Shown here: piece by piece, positions 7,557 to 15,861 of the stretch
Layout of the letters: each line of letters opens with the position of its first letter
Position numbering within the stretch: position 1 is the stretch's first letter
NCBI GenBank assembly: GCA_900234795.1
Contig: LT962688.1
Coordinates: 720,001-752,000, forward strand
Direction of reading: 5' to 3'
Origin: Methylorubrum extorquens
GTDB taxonomy: Bacteria > Pseudomonadota > Alphaproteobacteria > Rhizobiales > Beijerinckiaceae
DNA length: 32,000 nt
The notes under the pieces: generated by a model
Databases searched by the model: none
What the model was told of the DNA's origin: nothing
What the model saw: the letters and a program-made list of their open reading frames with translations, nothing else
Program-made: the position numbers and the translations under genes

Positions 7557-9632
7557 TTACTTCTTGTGCTTGGCCGCCTGCGCGCGGGCCGCCTCGATGA
7601 CCTTCTCGGCGGTGAAGCCGAACTTGCCGAGCAGGTCCTTGATCGGGGCCGAGGCGCCGAAGGTATGCATGCCGACGATCGAGCCCGAGGAGCCGGCGTA
7701 GCGGTCCCAGCCGATGACGCTGCCCTGCTCCACGGCCACGCGCGCCAGAACCTCCGGCGGCAGGACGCTGTTGCGGTAGGCCTCGTCCTGGCGCTCGAAC
7801 AGCTCCCAGGACGGCATCGAGACGACGCGCGCCTTCACGCCTTCGCCCTTCAGGGTCTCGTAGGCGCCGACGCAGAGCTGCACCTCGGAGCCCGTGCCGA
7901 TCAGGATCACGTCCGGCGTGCCCTCGCTATCGGCGAGCACGTAGGCGCCCTTCGCGGTGCCCGAGGCGGGAGCGTATTTCGAGCGGTCGAAGGTCGGCAG
8001 CGGCTGGCGCGACAGGGCCAGCACCGCCGGCTGATTTTTCAGGGAGAAGATCACCCGGTAGGCTTCGGCCACCTCGTTGGCGTCGGCCGGGCGCAGGGTC
8101 AGGAGACCGGGGATGCAGCGCAGCGAGAGGATCTGCTCCACCGGCTGGTGGGTCGGCCCATCCTCGCCCACGCCGATCGAGTCGTGGGTGAAGATATGGA
8201 AGACCGGCAGCTCCATCAGCGAGGCGAGCCGGATCGGCGGGCGCATGTAGTCGGCGAAGACGAGGAAGGTCGCGCCGTAGGCGCGCAAGCCCACGAGCCC
8301 GAGCCCGTTCACGATCGAGCCCATGGCGTGCTCGCGCACGCCGAAATGGATGTTGCGCCCGCCCGGCTCGAACGGGGTCAGCGAGCCCGCGCCCTCGAAG
8401 GTGAGGTTCGACTTGTTGGACGGCGCCAGATCGGCCGAGCCGCCGAGCAGGAACGGCACGTGCTGGGCGATGGCGTTGAGCACCTTGCCCGAGGATTCGC
8501 GCGTCGCGAGCCCCTTGGCGTCGGACTCGAAGACCGGGATGTCGCGGTCCCAGCCCTCCGGCAGACGGCCTTCGAGGAAGGCCGACAGTTCCTCGGCATG
8601 CTCCGCATCCGCCGCCTTGGCAGCCTCGAAGAAGCCCTGCCACTGACTGTAGAGCGCGGCACCGCGCTTGCCGATGCCGTCGGCGAAGGTGTCGTAGACG
8701 CCGTCGGGTACCAAGAACTCGGAATCCTCCGGCCAGCCATAGGCGCGCTTGGCGCCCTTCACCTCGTCGGGGCCGAGCGCGTCGGAATGGGCCTTCGACG
8801 TGTTCTGCTTGGTCGGCGCGCCGTAGCCGATGATCGAGTTGACGATGATCAGCGTCGGGCGGTCGCTCGATTGCAGGAAGGTCTCGAGCGCCGAGGCGAT
8901 GGCGTGGGTGTCGTTGGCATCGGCCACCCGCAGCACCTGCCAGCCATAGGCGAGGAAGCGGGCGGCGACCTCTTCCGAGAAGGCGAGTTCGGTGTGGCCC
9001 TCGATGGTGATGGTGTTGTTGTCGTAGATCCAGCACAGGTTCGACAGGCGCAGGTGCCCGGCGATCGAGGCGGCCTCCTGGCTGACGCCCTCCATCAGGT
9101 CGCCGTCCGAGCAGATGGCGTAGACGTTGTAGTCGAACAGCGGCAGGTCGGGCCGGTTCAGGCGCTCGCCCTTGAAGCGGCCACCCATCGCCATACCGAC
9201 GGAGTTCGCCACGCCCTGGCCCAGCGGCCCGGTGGTGGTCTCGACGCCGGTGGTGAAGTGGTATTCCGGATGGCCCGGCGTGCGGCTGTCGAGCTGCCGG
9301 AATTTCTTGATGTCGTCCAGCGAGATGGCGGGGGAATTGCCGCCGTCCTTCTCGGCCACGCGGGCCAAGTGCAGCAGCCCGTAGAGCAGCATTGAGGCGT
9401 GACCGGCCGAGAGCACGAAGCGGTCGCGGTTCGGCCAATGCGGATGGGCCGGATCGTAGCGCAGATACCGGTTCCACAGGGTGTAGGCGACGGGCGCCAG
9501 CGCCATCGGTGCGCCGGCATGTCCGGAATTGGCCTTCTGCACCGCGTCGATCGCGAGCGTCCGGATCGTGTCGATCGCGAGCTTGTCGCCCTGGCTCAGG
9601 GCCGCCTTCGGGCTCGTGTCTGCACCGCTCAT
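7557..9632 (-). CDS. tkt: Transketolase
   Basis: 691 aa. It carries SGHAGAPMALAP near the N-terminus and the TPP-binding motif GDGDLMEGVSQEAASIAGHLRLSNLCWIYDNNTITIEG. Confidence 0.95.
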   Translation of the reverse strand: MSGADTSPKAALSQGDKLAIDTIRTLAIDAVQKANSGHAGAPMALAPVAYTLWNRYLRYDPAHPHWPNRDRFVLSAGHASMLLYGLLHLARVAEKDGGNSPAISLDDIKKFRQLDSRTPGHPEYHFTTGVETTTGPLGQGVANSVGMAMGGRFKGERLNRPDLPLFDYNVYAICSDGDLMEGVSQEAASIAGHLRLSNLCWIYDNNTITIEGHTELAFSEEVAARFLAYGWQVLRVADANDTHAIASALETFLQSSDRPTLIIVNSIIGYGAPTKQNTSKAHSDALGPDEVKGAKRAYGWPEDSEFLVPDGVYDTFADGIGKRGAALYSQWQGFFEAAKAADAEHAEELSAFLEGRLPEGWDRDIPVFESDAKGLATRESSGKVLNAIAQHVPFLLGGSADLAPSNKSNLTFEGAGSLTPFEPGGRNIHFGVREHAMGSIVNGLGLVGLRAYGATFLVFADYMRPPIRLASLMELPVFHIFTHDSIGVGEDGPTHQPVEQILSLRCIPGLLTLRPADANEVAEAYRVIFSLKNQPAVLALSRQPLPTFDRSKYAPASGTAKGAYVLADSEGTPDVILIGTGSEVQLCVGAYETLKGEGVKARVVSMPSWELFERQDEAYRNSVLPPEVLARVAVEQGSVIGWDRYAGSSGSIVGMHTFGASAPIKDLLGKFGFTAEKVIEAARAQAAKHKK

Positions 9633-9682
9633 GGAGTTACCGTCTTTCTCGCTTCCATCGCCCGCCGTCTGACGGAGTGCGA

Positions 9683-11542
9683 CTACTGCGCTGCGATGGA
9701 TTCGCCTACCCTCGACTCGGATACGTCCGCGCCGCTGCCCCGTTCCTTCGCAGGACCGGTCGCGCGGCTGTAATTGAGGATCGTGTTGACGAGCGCAACA
9801 TGCGTGAACGCCTGAGGGAAGTTCCCCACCAGCCGTTTCGCGTGCACGTCGTACTCTTCGGAGACCAATCCGAGGTCGGTGCAGACACCGATCAGGCGCT
9901 CGATCAGCGCGCGAGCCTCGTCGCAGCGGCCGAGGCCGATCAGATTGTCGGCGTACCAGAAGCTGCAGGGCAGGAACGCGCCCTCGTTGCCGGGCAGGCC
10001 GTCGGTGGTCTGGCCTTCGGTCTCGTAGCGCAGGATGAACCCCTCGCGCATCAGATGCGATTCGACCGCCGCCACCGTGCCGACGACGCGGGGATCGTCC
10101 TGGGGCAGGAAGCCCATATGCGCGATGAGCAAGAGGCTCGCATCGAGCGCCTTGCTTCCGTAGGATTGGACGAAGCTGTTCAGCTCCGGGTCGAACCCCT
10201 TGGCACAGACCTCGGCGTGGATCTCGTCGCGGATCGCCCGCCAGTGCGCGACCGGCGCTTCGACGGTGTGCGGATCGTCGTCGCCCATCAGCTCGACGCT
10301 GCGGATCGCCCGGTCGAAGGCCACCCAGGCCATCACCTTGGAATGGACGAAGTGGCGCCGCCCGCCGCGCACCTCCCAGATGCCCTCATCGGGCTGGCGC
10401 CACGCCGTCTCGAGGTGCTTGATGATCGCTTGGCCGACGCGCAGGCCGTCCTTGTTCTGCCCCATGCCGCGGGCACGGGCCTGGAACAGGGCGTCGAACA
10501 ATTCCCCGTAGACATCGAGCTGGAACTGGGCGATCGCCGCGTTGCCGACGCGCACGGGCCGCGAACCCTCGTAGCCGGGCAGCCAGTCGAGTTCGATCTC
10601 CGGCAGAAGCCGCTCGCCGGCGATGCCGTAGAGGATATGCGCCTGCTCCGGGTTGCCGGCCACCGCGCGGGTCAGCCAGTCGCGCCAGGCGCGGGCCTCC
10701 TCGATGTAGCCCGAATCCATCAGCGCCAGCAGCGTGAAGGTCGAATCGCGCAGCCAGCAGAAGCGGTAGTCCCAGTTGCGCACCCCGCCGAGTTCTTCCG
10801 GCAGCGACGTGGTGGGCGCGGCGACGATACCCCCGGTCGGTTGGTAGATCAGCGCCTTCAGCGTCAGGAGCGAGCGGCGCAGGATGGCGTCCCAGGGTGT
10901 CTGGAGCATGCAGCGGCTCGACCACTCGCGCCAGAACCGGTTGGTGTCGTCGAGCCAGCGGCGCGGCTCGATCGGTGCAGGATCGTCCTCGTGCGAGGCG
11001 CCGTAGCTCAGCACGAAGCGGACCGCGTCGCCCTTGTAGACCGTGAATTCCGAGACCGTGGTCTGGTGGGCGGAGCCGCGCATCGGCGCGTTGGTGCGCA
11101 GGACCACCTTGTGCGGCCCGGAGATGGCGCGCAGATCCCCGAGTTCGCTGCGCGAGACCCAGGGCACCGCCGAGCCGTAATCGAAGCGCACGGCCAGTTC
11201 CATCCGCATCGCCATCCGGCCACGCACGCCCTCGACGAGGCGGATCACGTGGCTGCCGTCGCCGACGGGCATGAAGTCGGTGACGCGGACCTCGCCCTCA
11301 TGGGTCTTGTGCGTGGTCTCCAGCACCAGCGAGCCGCCGCGGTAGCGCCAGGAATGCTGTGCCCCCTCCGCCGCCGGAGCGAGCTTCCAGAAGCCGTGCT
11401 CCTCCGTTCCGAGAAGGCTCGCGAACAGGGCCGAGGCATCGAAGCGCGGCATGCACAGCCAGTCGATGCTGCCGTCGCGGCCGACCAGGGCCGCGGTGCG
11501 CCCGTCGCCGATCAGGGCGTAATCCTCGATCCGTCCCGCCAT
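9683..11542 (-). CDS. Glycoside hydrolase family 15 protein (glucoamylase/trehalase-like)
   Basis: 619 aa. The N-terminus is IEDYALIGDGRTAALVGRDGSIDWLCMPRFD. The catalytic-domain motifs are NWDYRFCWLRDS and GAFLPCSFWYADNL. It lies 50 nt upstream of tkt on the same strand. Confidence 0.9.
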   Translation of the reverse strand: MAGRIEDYALIGDGRTAALVGRDGSIDWLCMPRFDASALFASLLGTEEHGFWKLAPAAEGAQHSWRYRGGSLVLETTHKTHEGEVRVTDFMPVGDGSHVIRLVEGVRGRMAMRMELAVRFDYGSAVPWVSRSELGDLRAISGPHKVVLRTNAPMRGSAHQTTVSEFTVYKGDAVRFVLSYGASHEDDPAPIEPRRWLDDTNRFWREWSSRCMLQTPWDAILRRSLLTLKALIYQPTGGIVAAPTTSLPEELGGVRNWDYRFCWLRDSTFTLLALMDSGYIEEARAWRDWLTRAVAGNPEQAHILYGIAGERLLPEIELDWLPGYEGSRPVRVGNAAIAQFQLDVYGELFDALFQARARGMGQNKDGLRVGQAIIKHLETAWRQPDEGIWEVRGGRRHFVHSKVMAWVAFDRAIRSVELMGDDDPHTVEAPVAHWRAIRDEIHAEVCAKGFDPELNSFVQSYGSKALDASLLLIAHMGFLPQDDPRVVGTVAAVESHLMREGFILRYETEGQTTDGLPGNEGAFLPCSFWYADNLIGLGRCDEARALIERLIGVCTDLGLVSEEYDVHAKRLVGNFPQAFTHVALVNTILNYSRATGPAKERGSGADVSESRVGESIAAQ

Positions 11543-11763
11543 CCCGGTCTCCGTCGCCGTACCCTGAGCCGAACGACGCGGGGGAAACGCGGACTTCGGC
11601 CTTACTCACAGAGCATCACGCGCGAAAAAGCCGCCGCGTCGGAGACGCGGTGGACGTGATCGCGGTTCTGCTCCGCGCGAAGTGGCGCAGCGGCCGCGCT
11701 TCGCAAGGTTTCGGGGCTAACGATTGTGAAGACCGCGCGTTTGGCGGCGCGGCGCGCTCCGTC

Positions 11764-12384
11764 TCAGCGCAGATCCGAGACGAGGCTGACGACCGAGCCG
11801 CTCAGGTTCGAGACGCTGGTCGTGACCTTGGCCGCCGCGCCGGAGCCGGCCGTACGGGCCGCATCCCAGACCGCGTCGACGGCGGCGAAGGGGAGGGCGC
11901 CTGCGGGCAGGACGCGATCACTCTCGTCCTCCACACGCGCCATAGCGGCCGGCGCAGGAATAACCGGCTCGGATGCGGCTTTCGCCGGGCTCGCTTGCTG
12001 CGTCGTCGCCATCCGGCTCGCGGTGGCGCGCCGGCGCTCGGTTCGGGTGGCGAGGCGCGGGGGGCGGGCCTGCGGTGGGGCGGCCTCGTTTGCGGCGACG
12101 AGGGGCACGAGGCGGGCGAAGGCCTCGCTGGCCGGCCCCGCCTCGACATCGGCGAGCAGGGCCTTGCCCGGATCGAACAACGTGAAGCCGGGCGCCGCAG
12201 CCATGGCCGGCACGGGCCGCGCCGATTCGACCGGCGGCATCGTCGGCCCCTTGGCCGGCTCGCGGCAGACGAGCGACAGCAGGGCGGCGGCCACGGCGAG
12301 GCCGAGGGTCGGCAGCAGGGGGGGAAGCACGGCGCGAGGGGTCGCGGACACGTCCGGCTTTCGCAGCGGATCGACGACGCGCAT
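11764..12384 (-). CDS. Hypothetical Ala/Pro-rich membrane-anchored protein
   Basis: ATG at 12384 is preceded by AGGAGGGG (12391-12398 on the minus strand). It has one hydrophobic helix (LPPLLPTLGLAVAAALLSLV) and high GC3. No family recognised. The track's longer 244-aa version starts upstream of the RBS. Confidence 0.5.
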   Translation of the reverse strand: MRVVDPLRKPDVSATPRAVLPPLLPTLGLAVAAALLSLVCREPAKGPTMPPVESARPVPAMAAAPGFTLFDPGKALLADVEAGPASEAFARLVPLVAANEAAPPQARPPRLATRTERRRATASRMATTQQASPAKAASEPVIPAPAAMARVEDESDRVLPAGALPFAAVDAVWDAARTAGSGAAAKVTTSVSNLSGSVVSLVSDLR

Positions 12385-12492
12385 GAACCGGCCCCTCCTG
12401 ATAGATTCGCGAGCGGCTTGAGTGTGCGCCCCGGTTTGCGGCAGAAGCGGGGCCGGCCGATGTCGGTTTGTAACTGTCGTTATGGACCGGGC

Positions 12493-12508
12493 GGGCATAC
12501 GGCTTGCC
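12493..12508 (+). promoter_or_regulatory. Weak sigma-54-like -24/-12 element upstream of nasT
   Basis: GGGCAT-ACGGC-TTGCC has correct GG-N10-GC spacing and GGCA/TTGC flanks. About 8 of 12 consensus positions match. It lies 129 nt upstream of the nasT ATG. Confidence 0.3.
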
Positions 12509-12636
12509 TGCGAGGCGTCCGCCCCTCACGAGGCAGGTGCTTGCGCACGTGCCTCCATGTAGACGGACCGCCTTCTTTACCTCGTGCCTTCCTCGCCTAT
12601 GCCTTCCTCGAACGGATCGAACCACTCCGGCCCTCG

Positions 12637-13224
12637 ATGACCGAGACCAGCCTCACCGTCGCCGTGATCGATCCGAGCCGCGCCCGCGCAGCGATCCTGG
12701 AGGAGGGCCTTCGCGCCTCCGGCGTCGGCAACGTCGTCGTTCTTGCCGACGGGCCGGACCTCCAGGCGCGGGTGGCGAGCCTGAAGCCCGACGTGATCGT
12801 GGTCCATCTTGAGAGCCCGAGCCGGGACGTGCTGGAGCAGATGTCGGGCCTGTCCCGGCAGGCCGAGCGGCCGGTGGCGATGTTCGTGGACCGCTCGGAC
12901 CAGACCATGATGCAGGCGGCGGTCGATGCGGGCATCTCGGCCTATGTGGTGGACGGGCTGCGCTCGGAACGGATCCGGCCGATCCTCGACATCGCGATCC
13001 TGCGTTTCAATGCCTTCGCCCGGCTCCAGCGCGAACTCGACGAGGCCCGCTCGGAACTTGCCGACCGCAAACTGATCGAGCGCGCCAAGGGCATCCTGAT
13101 GACGCGCAAGGGCATGAGCGAGGACGAGGCCTACAAGCTCCTGCGGCGGCAGGCGATGAACGAGAAGCGCAAGATCGTCGACATCGCCCGCGCCATCGTC
13201 ACCGCGGCGGATCTGCTCGGATGA
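12637..13224 (+). CDS. nasT: ANTAR-domain response-regulator-like antiterminator NasT
   Basis: 195 aa. An N-terminal receiver-like domain is followed by the ANTAR motif region ELADRKLIERAKGILMTRKGMSEDEAYKLLRRQAMNEKRKIVDIARAIV. An ATGA overlap joins it to the downstream NrtA-like sensor gene. Confidence 0.9.
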   Translation: MTETSLTVAVIDPSRARAAILEEGLRASGVGNVVVLADGPDLQARVASLKPDVIVVHLESPSRDVLEQMSGLSRQAERPVAMFVDRSDQTMMQAAVDAGISAYVVDGLRSERIRPILDIAILRFNAFARLQRELDEARSELADRKLIERAKGILMTRKGMSEDEAYKLLRRQAMNEKRKIVDIARAIVTAADLLG

Positions 13225-14237
13225 GGATCAGACTCGGATACGTTCCCCTCGCCGACGCCGCCCCCGTGATCGCGGCGGCGGAATTGGGCTTCGCACGCGC
13301 CGAGGGGCTCGAGATCGAACTCGCGCGCGAGCCCTCCTGGGCGACCCTGCGCGACCGGCTGGCGCTCGGCCATCTCGACGCCGCGCACATGCTCGGGCCG
13401 CTCGCCATCGCCAGCGCGCTCGGGCTCTCGGGGCCGGAGGCCCGTCTGAGCGTGCCGATGGCGCTCGGCCTCAACGGCAACGCCGTGACCGTCTCGAACG
13501 CGCTCTGGGCGGCGATGGCCCCGGAGAGCGACGGGCTCGGTGACGTGGCCGCGGCTTTCTCGGCGGTCGCCCGCGCGCGGGCCGGGGAGGGGCGTCCGCT
13601 CGTCATCGGCACCGTGCATCCCTTCTCCAGCCATTCCTACCAGCTTCGCCTGTTCGCCGGCTTGAGCGGGCTCGACCTCGACGCGACGGTGCGGCTGGTC
13701 GTGGTGCCGCCGCCGGAGACGGTGGATGCGCTTCGGCGCGGGCGGATCGACGGCTTCTGCGTCGGCGCGCCCTGGAACAGCGTCGCGGTCGCCGCAGGCC
13801 TCGGCCGGATCGCGGCACTCGGCTGCGAGATCGCGCCCGACTGCCCGGAGAAGGTGCTGGCGCTGCCCGCGGAGGGGGCCGACTTCACGGCACCTTTGGT
13901 CAGGGCCGTCCACCGCGCCGGACTTTGGTGCGCCGCCCCCGAGAACCACGAGGCCCTGAGCCGCCTGCTCGCCGAACGGGCAGAACTCGACGCGGATGCC
14001 GCGCTTCTCGCGCGCACGCTCAGTGGCGCGCTGATCGTGGATCGGGACGGAACCGAGCGGGCGAACCCGGCCTATCTGCGCCTCGACGCGGCGACCCACC
14101 GGCCGGACCCGGAGCATGCCCGGTGGCTGGTGGCGCAGATGGCCGCCTGCGGGCAGGTGGCGTCCGGCGACGACGCGGCGGACCGGGCGGCGGCGCTCTA
14201 CCGGCCCGACCTCTTCGCCGCAGCCATCGGCGGCTGA
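13221..14237 (+). CDS. nasS: Nitrate/nitrite sensor NasS (cytoplasmic NrtA-like periplasmic-binding-fold protein)
   Basis: 338 aa with no signal peptide. The N-terminus IRLGYVPLADAAPVIAAAELGFARAEGLEIEL is typical of the NMT1/NrtA fold. It is translationally coupled to nasT (ATGA at 13221-13224). Confidence 0.85.
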   Translation: MRIRLGYVPLADAAPVIAAAELGFARAEGLEIELAREPSWATLRDRLALGHLDAAHMLGPLAIASALGLSGPEARLSVPMALGLNGNAVTVSNALWAAMAPESDGLGDVAAAFSAVARARAGEGRPLVIGTVHPFSSHSYQLRLFAGLSGLDLDATVRLVVVPPPETVDALRRGRIDGFCVGAPWNSVAVAAGLGRIAALGCEIAPDCPEKVLALPAEGADFTAPLVRAVHRAGLWCAAPENHEALSRLLAERAELDADAALLARTLSGALIVDRDGTERANPAYLRLDAATHRPDPEHARWLVAQMAACGQVASGDDAADRAAALYRPDLFAAAIGG

Positions 14238-14266
14238 GCGTTTTTTCAGCGGCATGGGACCGGCTC

Positions 14267-14301
14267 GGGCTGCATCGCGCAGCAGCATCAGCCCATTTTT
14301 T
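14267..14301 (+). terminator. Intrinsic terminator after nasS
   Basis: GGGCTG...CAGCCC stem (14267-14294) followed by ATTTTTT (14295-14301). A weaker hairpin CAGCC-ATCGGC-GGCTG (14221-14236) plus T6 (14241-14246) precedes it. Confidence 0.6.
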
Positions 14302-14398
14302 GTGCACCGCATGAAATCCTGGGGCCGCTGAGCGCGGGCAGCGCAGCAAACCCGTGATGCCGGCGCTCCGAGAGGGGCGGCACGCTCTTCAGCGCAGT

Positions 14399-14415
14399 TG
14401 GCACGGCTCCTGCAG
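14399..14415 (+). promoter_or_regulatory. Sigma-54 (RpoN) promoter of the nrtA operon
   Basis: TGGCACG-GCTC-CTGCA versus the consensus TGGCACG-N4-TTGCW. The -24 element matches 7 of 7 and the -12 element 4 of 5, with correct spacing, about 155 nt upstream of the nrtA ATG. Confidence 0.65.
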
Positions 14416-14427
14416 AGATGTTCGCAC

Positions 14428-14474
14428 GGGCTCGTCAACGACGACGCGCCCCAAACGTCAGCAAGGCCGCTGAT
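14428..14474 (+). promoter_or_regulatory. Candidate ANTAR (NasT) RNA target: two tandem hexaloop hairpins
   Basis: P1 is 14428-14451 with stem GGGC(t)CGTC/GACG(c)GCCC and loop AACGAC. P2 is 14457-14474 with stem GTCAGC/GCTGAT and loop AAGGCC. Both loops have A at position 1 and G at position 4, and a 5-nt linker separates them. Confidence 0.5.
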
Positions 14475-14534
14475 CCGGACTGCCCGCACGCGACGAAGGT
14501 CGATCGCGCAGGCGATCCCGGACGGCGGCCTTTT
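14465..14534 (+). terminator. Leader terminator/attenuator overlapping ANTAR hairpin P2
   Basis: The long-range stem GGCCGCTG(a)TCCGG (14465-14478) pairs with CCGGACGGCGGCC (14518-14530) and encloses an inner hairpin. TTTT follows at 14531-14534. The 5' arm shares 14465-14474 with P2, so the two structures are mutually exclusive. Confidence 0.5.
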
Positions 14535-14568
14535 CCATGTGCAGACAGCGCACCGGAGCGAAGAGCGG

Positions 14569-15861
14569 ATGAGCATCGATCACGGCAACACGACCCGCCG
14601 CGGCGTCCTCAAGGGGGCGGCGGCTGCCCTCGCCCTCGCGGGTGCGGCTCGTGCCGCCTTGCCGGCCGGTGCCTTCGCGCAGGGCGGGGGGCCGGAGGTG
14701 AAGGGCGCCAAGCTCGGCTTCATCGCGCTCACCGATGCGGCGCCGCTCTTTGTCGCCAAAGAGAAGGGCATCTTCGCCAAGTACGGCCTGCCCGATACCG
14801 AGGTGCTGAAGCAGGCAAGCTGGGGCACGACCCGCGACAACCTCGTGCTCGGCTCCGAGGGCAACGGCATCGACGGCGCTCACATCCTCACCCCGATGCC
14901 CTACCTGATCTCCGCCGGCCGGGTGACGCAGAACAACGTGCCGGTGCCGATGTACATCATGGCCCGGCTCAACCTGAACGGTCAGTGCATCTCGATCGCC
15001 AAGGAGCATATCGACCACAAGATCGGGCTCGACACCAAGCCGTTCAAAGCCGCGCTGGAAGCCAAGAAGGCGTCGGGCAAGGCGGTGAAGGCCGCCATGA
15101 CCTTCCCCGGCGGCACCCACGACCTCTGGATCCGCTACTGGCTCGCCGCCGGCGGCATCGACCCCGACAAGGACATCGAGACCATCGTCGTGCCGCCGCC
15201 CCAGATGGTGGCGAACATGAAGGTCGGCACGATGGACTGCTTCTGCGTCTGCGAGCCGTGGAACGAGCAGCTCATCCACCAGGGCATCGGCTACACCGCC
15301 ATCACCACGGGCGAACTCTGGAAGGATCACCCGGAGAAGGCCTTCGCCATGCGCGCGGCTTGGGTCGACAAATACCCCAACGCCGCCAAGGCCCTGCTGA
15401 TGGCGGTGATGGAGGCCCAGCAATGGTGCGACAAGCCCGAGAACCGCGACGAGATGGCGGCGATCGTGGCCAAGCGCCAGTGGATCAACGTGCCGGTCGC
15501 CGACGTCGTCGACCGCATGAAGGGCAAGTTCGACTACGGCACCGGCCGGGTCGTCGAGAACAGCCCGCACATCATGAAGTTCTGGGGCGACAACGCCTCG
15601 TACCCGTATCAGTCGCACGACCTCTGGTTCCTCACCGAGGACATCCGCTGGGGCAAGTTCGACGCCCAGACCGACACCAAGGCGCTGATCGCCAAGGTCA
15701 ACCGTGAGGATCTCTGGCGCGAGGCCGCCAAGGCGCTCGGCGTCGCGGCGATCCCGACCTCCACCTCGCGCGGCGTCGAGACGCTGTTCGACGGCAAGGT
15801 CTTCGATCCGGAAAACCCCGCCGCCTACCTCAACAGCCTCGGCATCAAGAAGGTCGCGTGA
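14569..15861 (+). CDS. nrtA: Nitrate ABC transporter periplasmic substrate-binding protein NrtA
   Basis: 430 aa from ATG 14569. It has a twin-arginine signal (TRRGVLKGAAAALALAGAARAALPAGAFAQ) and the NrtA-type motif KLGFIALTDAAPLFVAKEKGIFAKYGL. The track's upstream extension (14398) is Arg-rich junk. Confidence 0.9.
   Translation: MSIDHGNTTRRGVLKGAAAALALAGAARAALPAGAFAQGGGPEVKGAKLGFIALTDAAPLFVAKEKGIFAKYGLPDTEVLKQASWGTTRDNLVLGSEGNGIDGAHILTPMPYLISAGRVTQNNVPVPMYIMARLNLNGQCISIAKEHIDHKIGLDTKPFKAALEAKKASGKAVKAAMTFPGGTHDLWIRYWLAAGGIDPDKDIETIVVPPPQMVANMKVGTMDCFCVCEPWNEQLIHQGIGYTAITTGELWKDHPEKAFAMRAAWVDKYPNAAKALLMAVMEAQQWCDKPENRDEMAAIVAKRQWINVPVADVVDRMKGKFDYGTGRVVENSPHIMKFWGDNASYPYQSHDLWFLTEDIRWGKFDAQTDTKALIAKVNREDLWREAAKALGVAAIPTSTSRGVETLFDGKVFDPENPAAYLNSLGIKKVA

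Noticed and set aside
5724-11659. Chain of very long plus-strand ORFs (5724-7340, 7359-9395, 9392-11659; 538-755 aa) opposite tal/pgi, tkt and GH15
   Set aside because: They mirror minus-strand genes that carry unambiguous family motifs. Their translations are Arg/Gly/Ala/Asp/His-rich low-complexity strings with no motifs. Long stop-free antisense frames are expected at about 70% GC.
11359-13224. 621-aa version of the nasT ORF with a long N-terminal extension
   Set aside because: The upstream 425 codons are Arg/Pro/Gly junk overlapping the GH15 start and the hypothetical gene on the other strand. The NasT homology begins at MTETSLTVAVID (ATG 12637).
14302-14330. NtrC upstream activator site for the nrtA sigma-54 promoter
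   Set aside because: Only a TGCACC half-site (14302-14307) is visible, and the expected inverted GGTGCA partner at the right spacing is absent. I therefore do not call a UAS.
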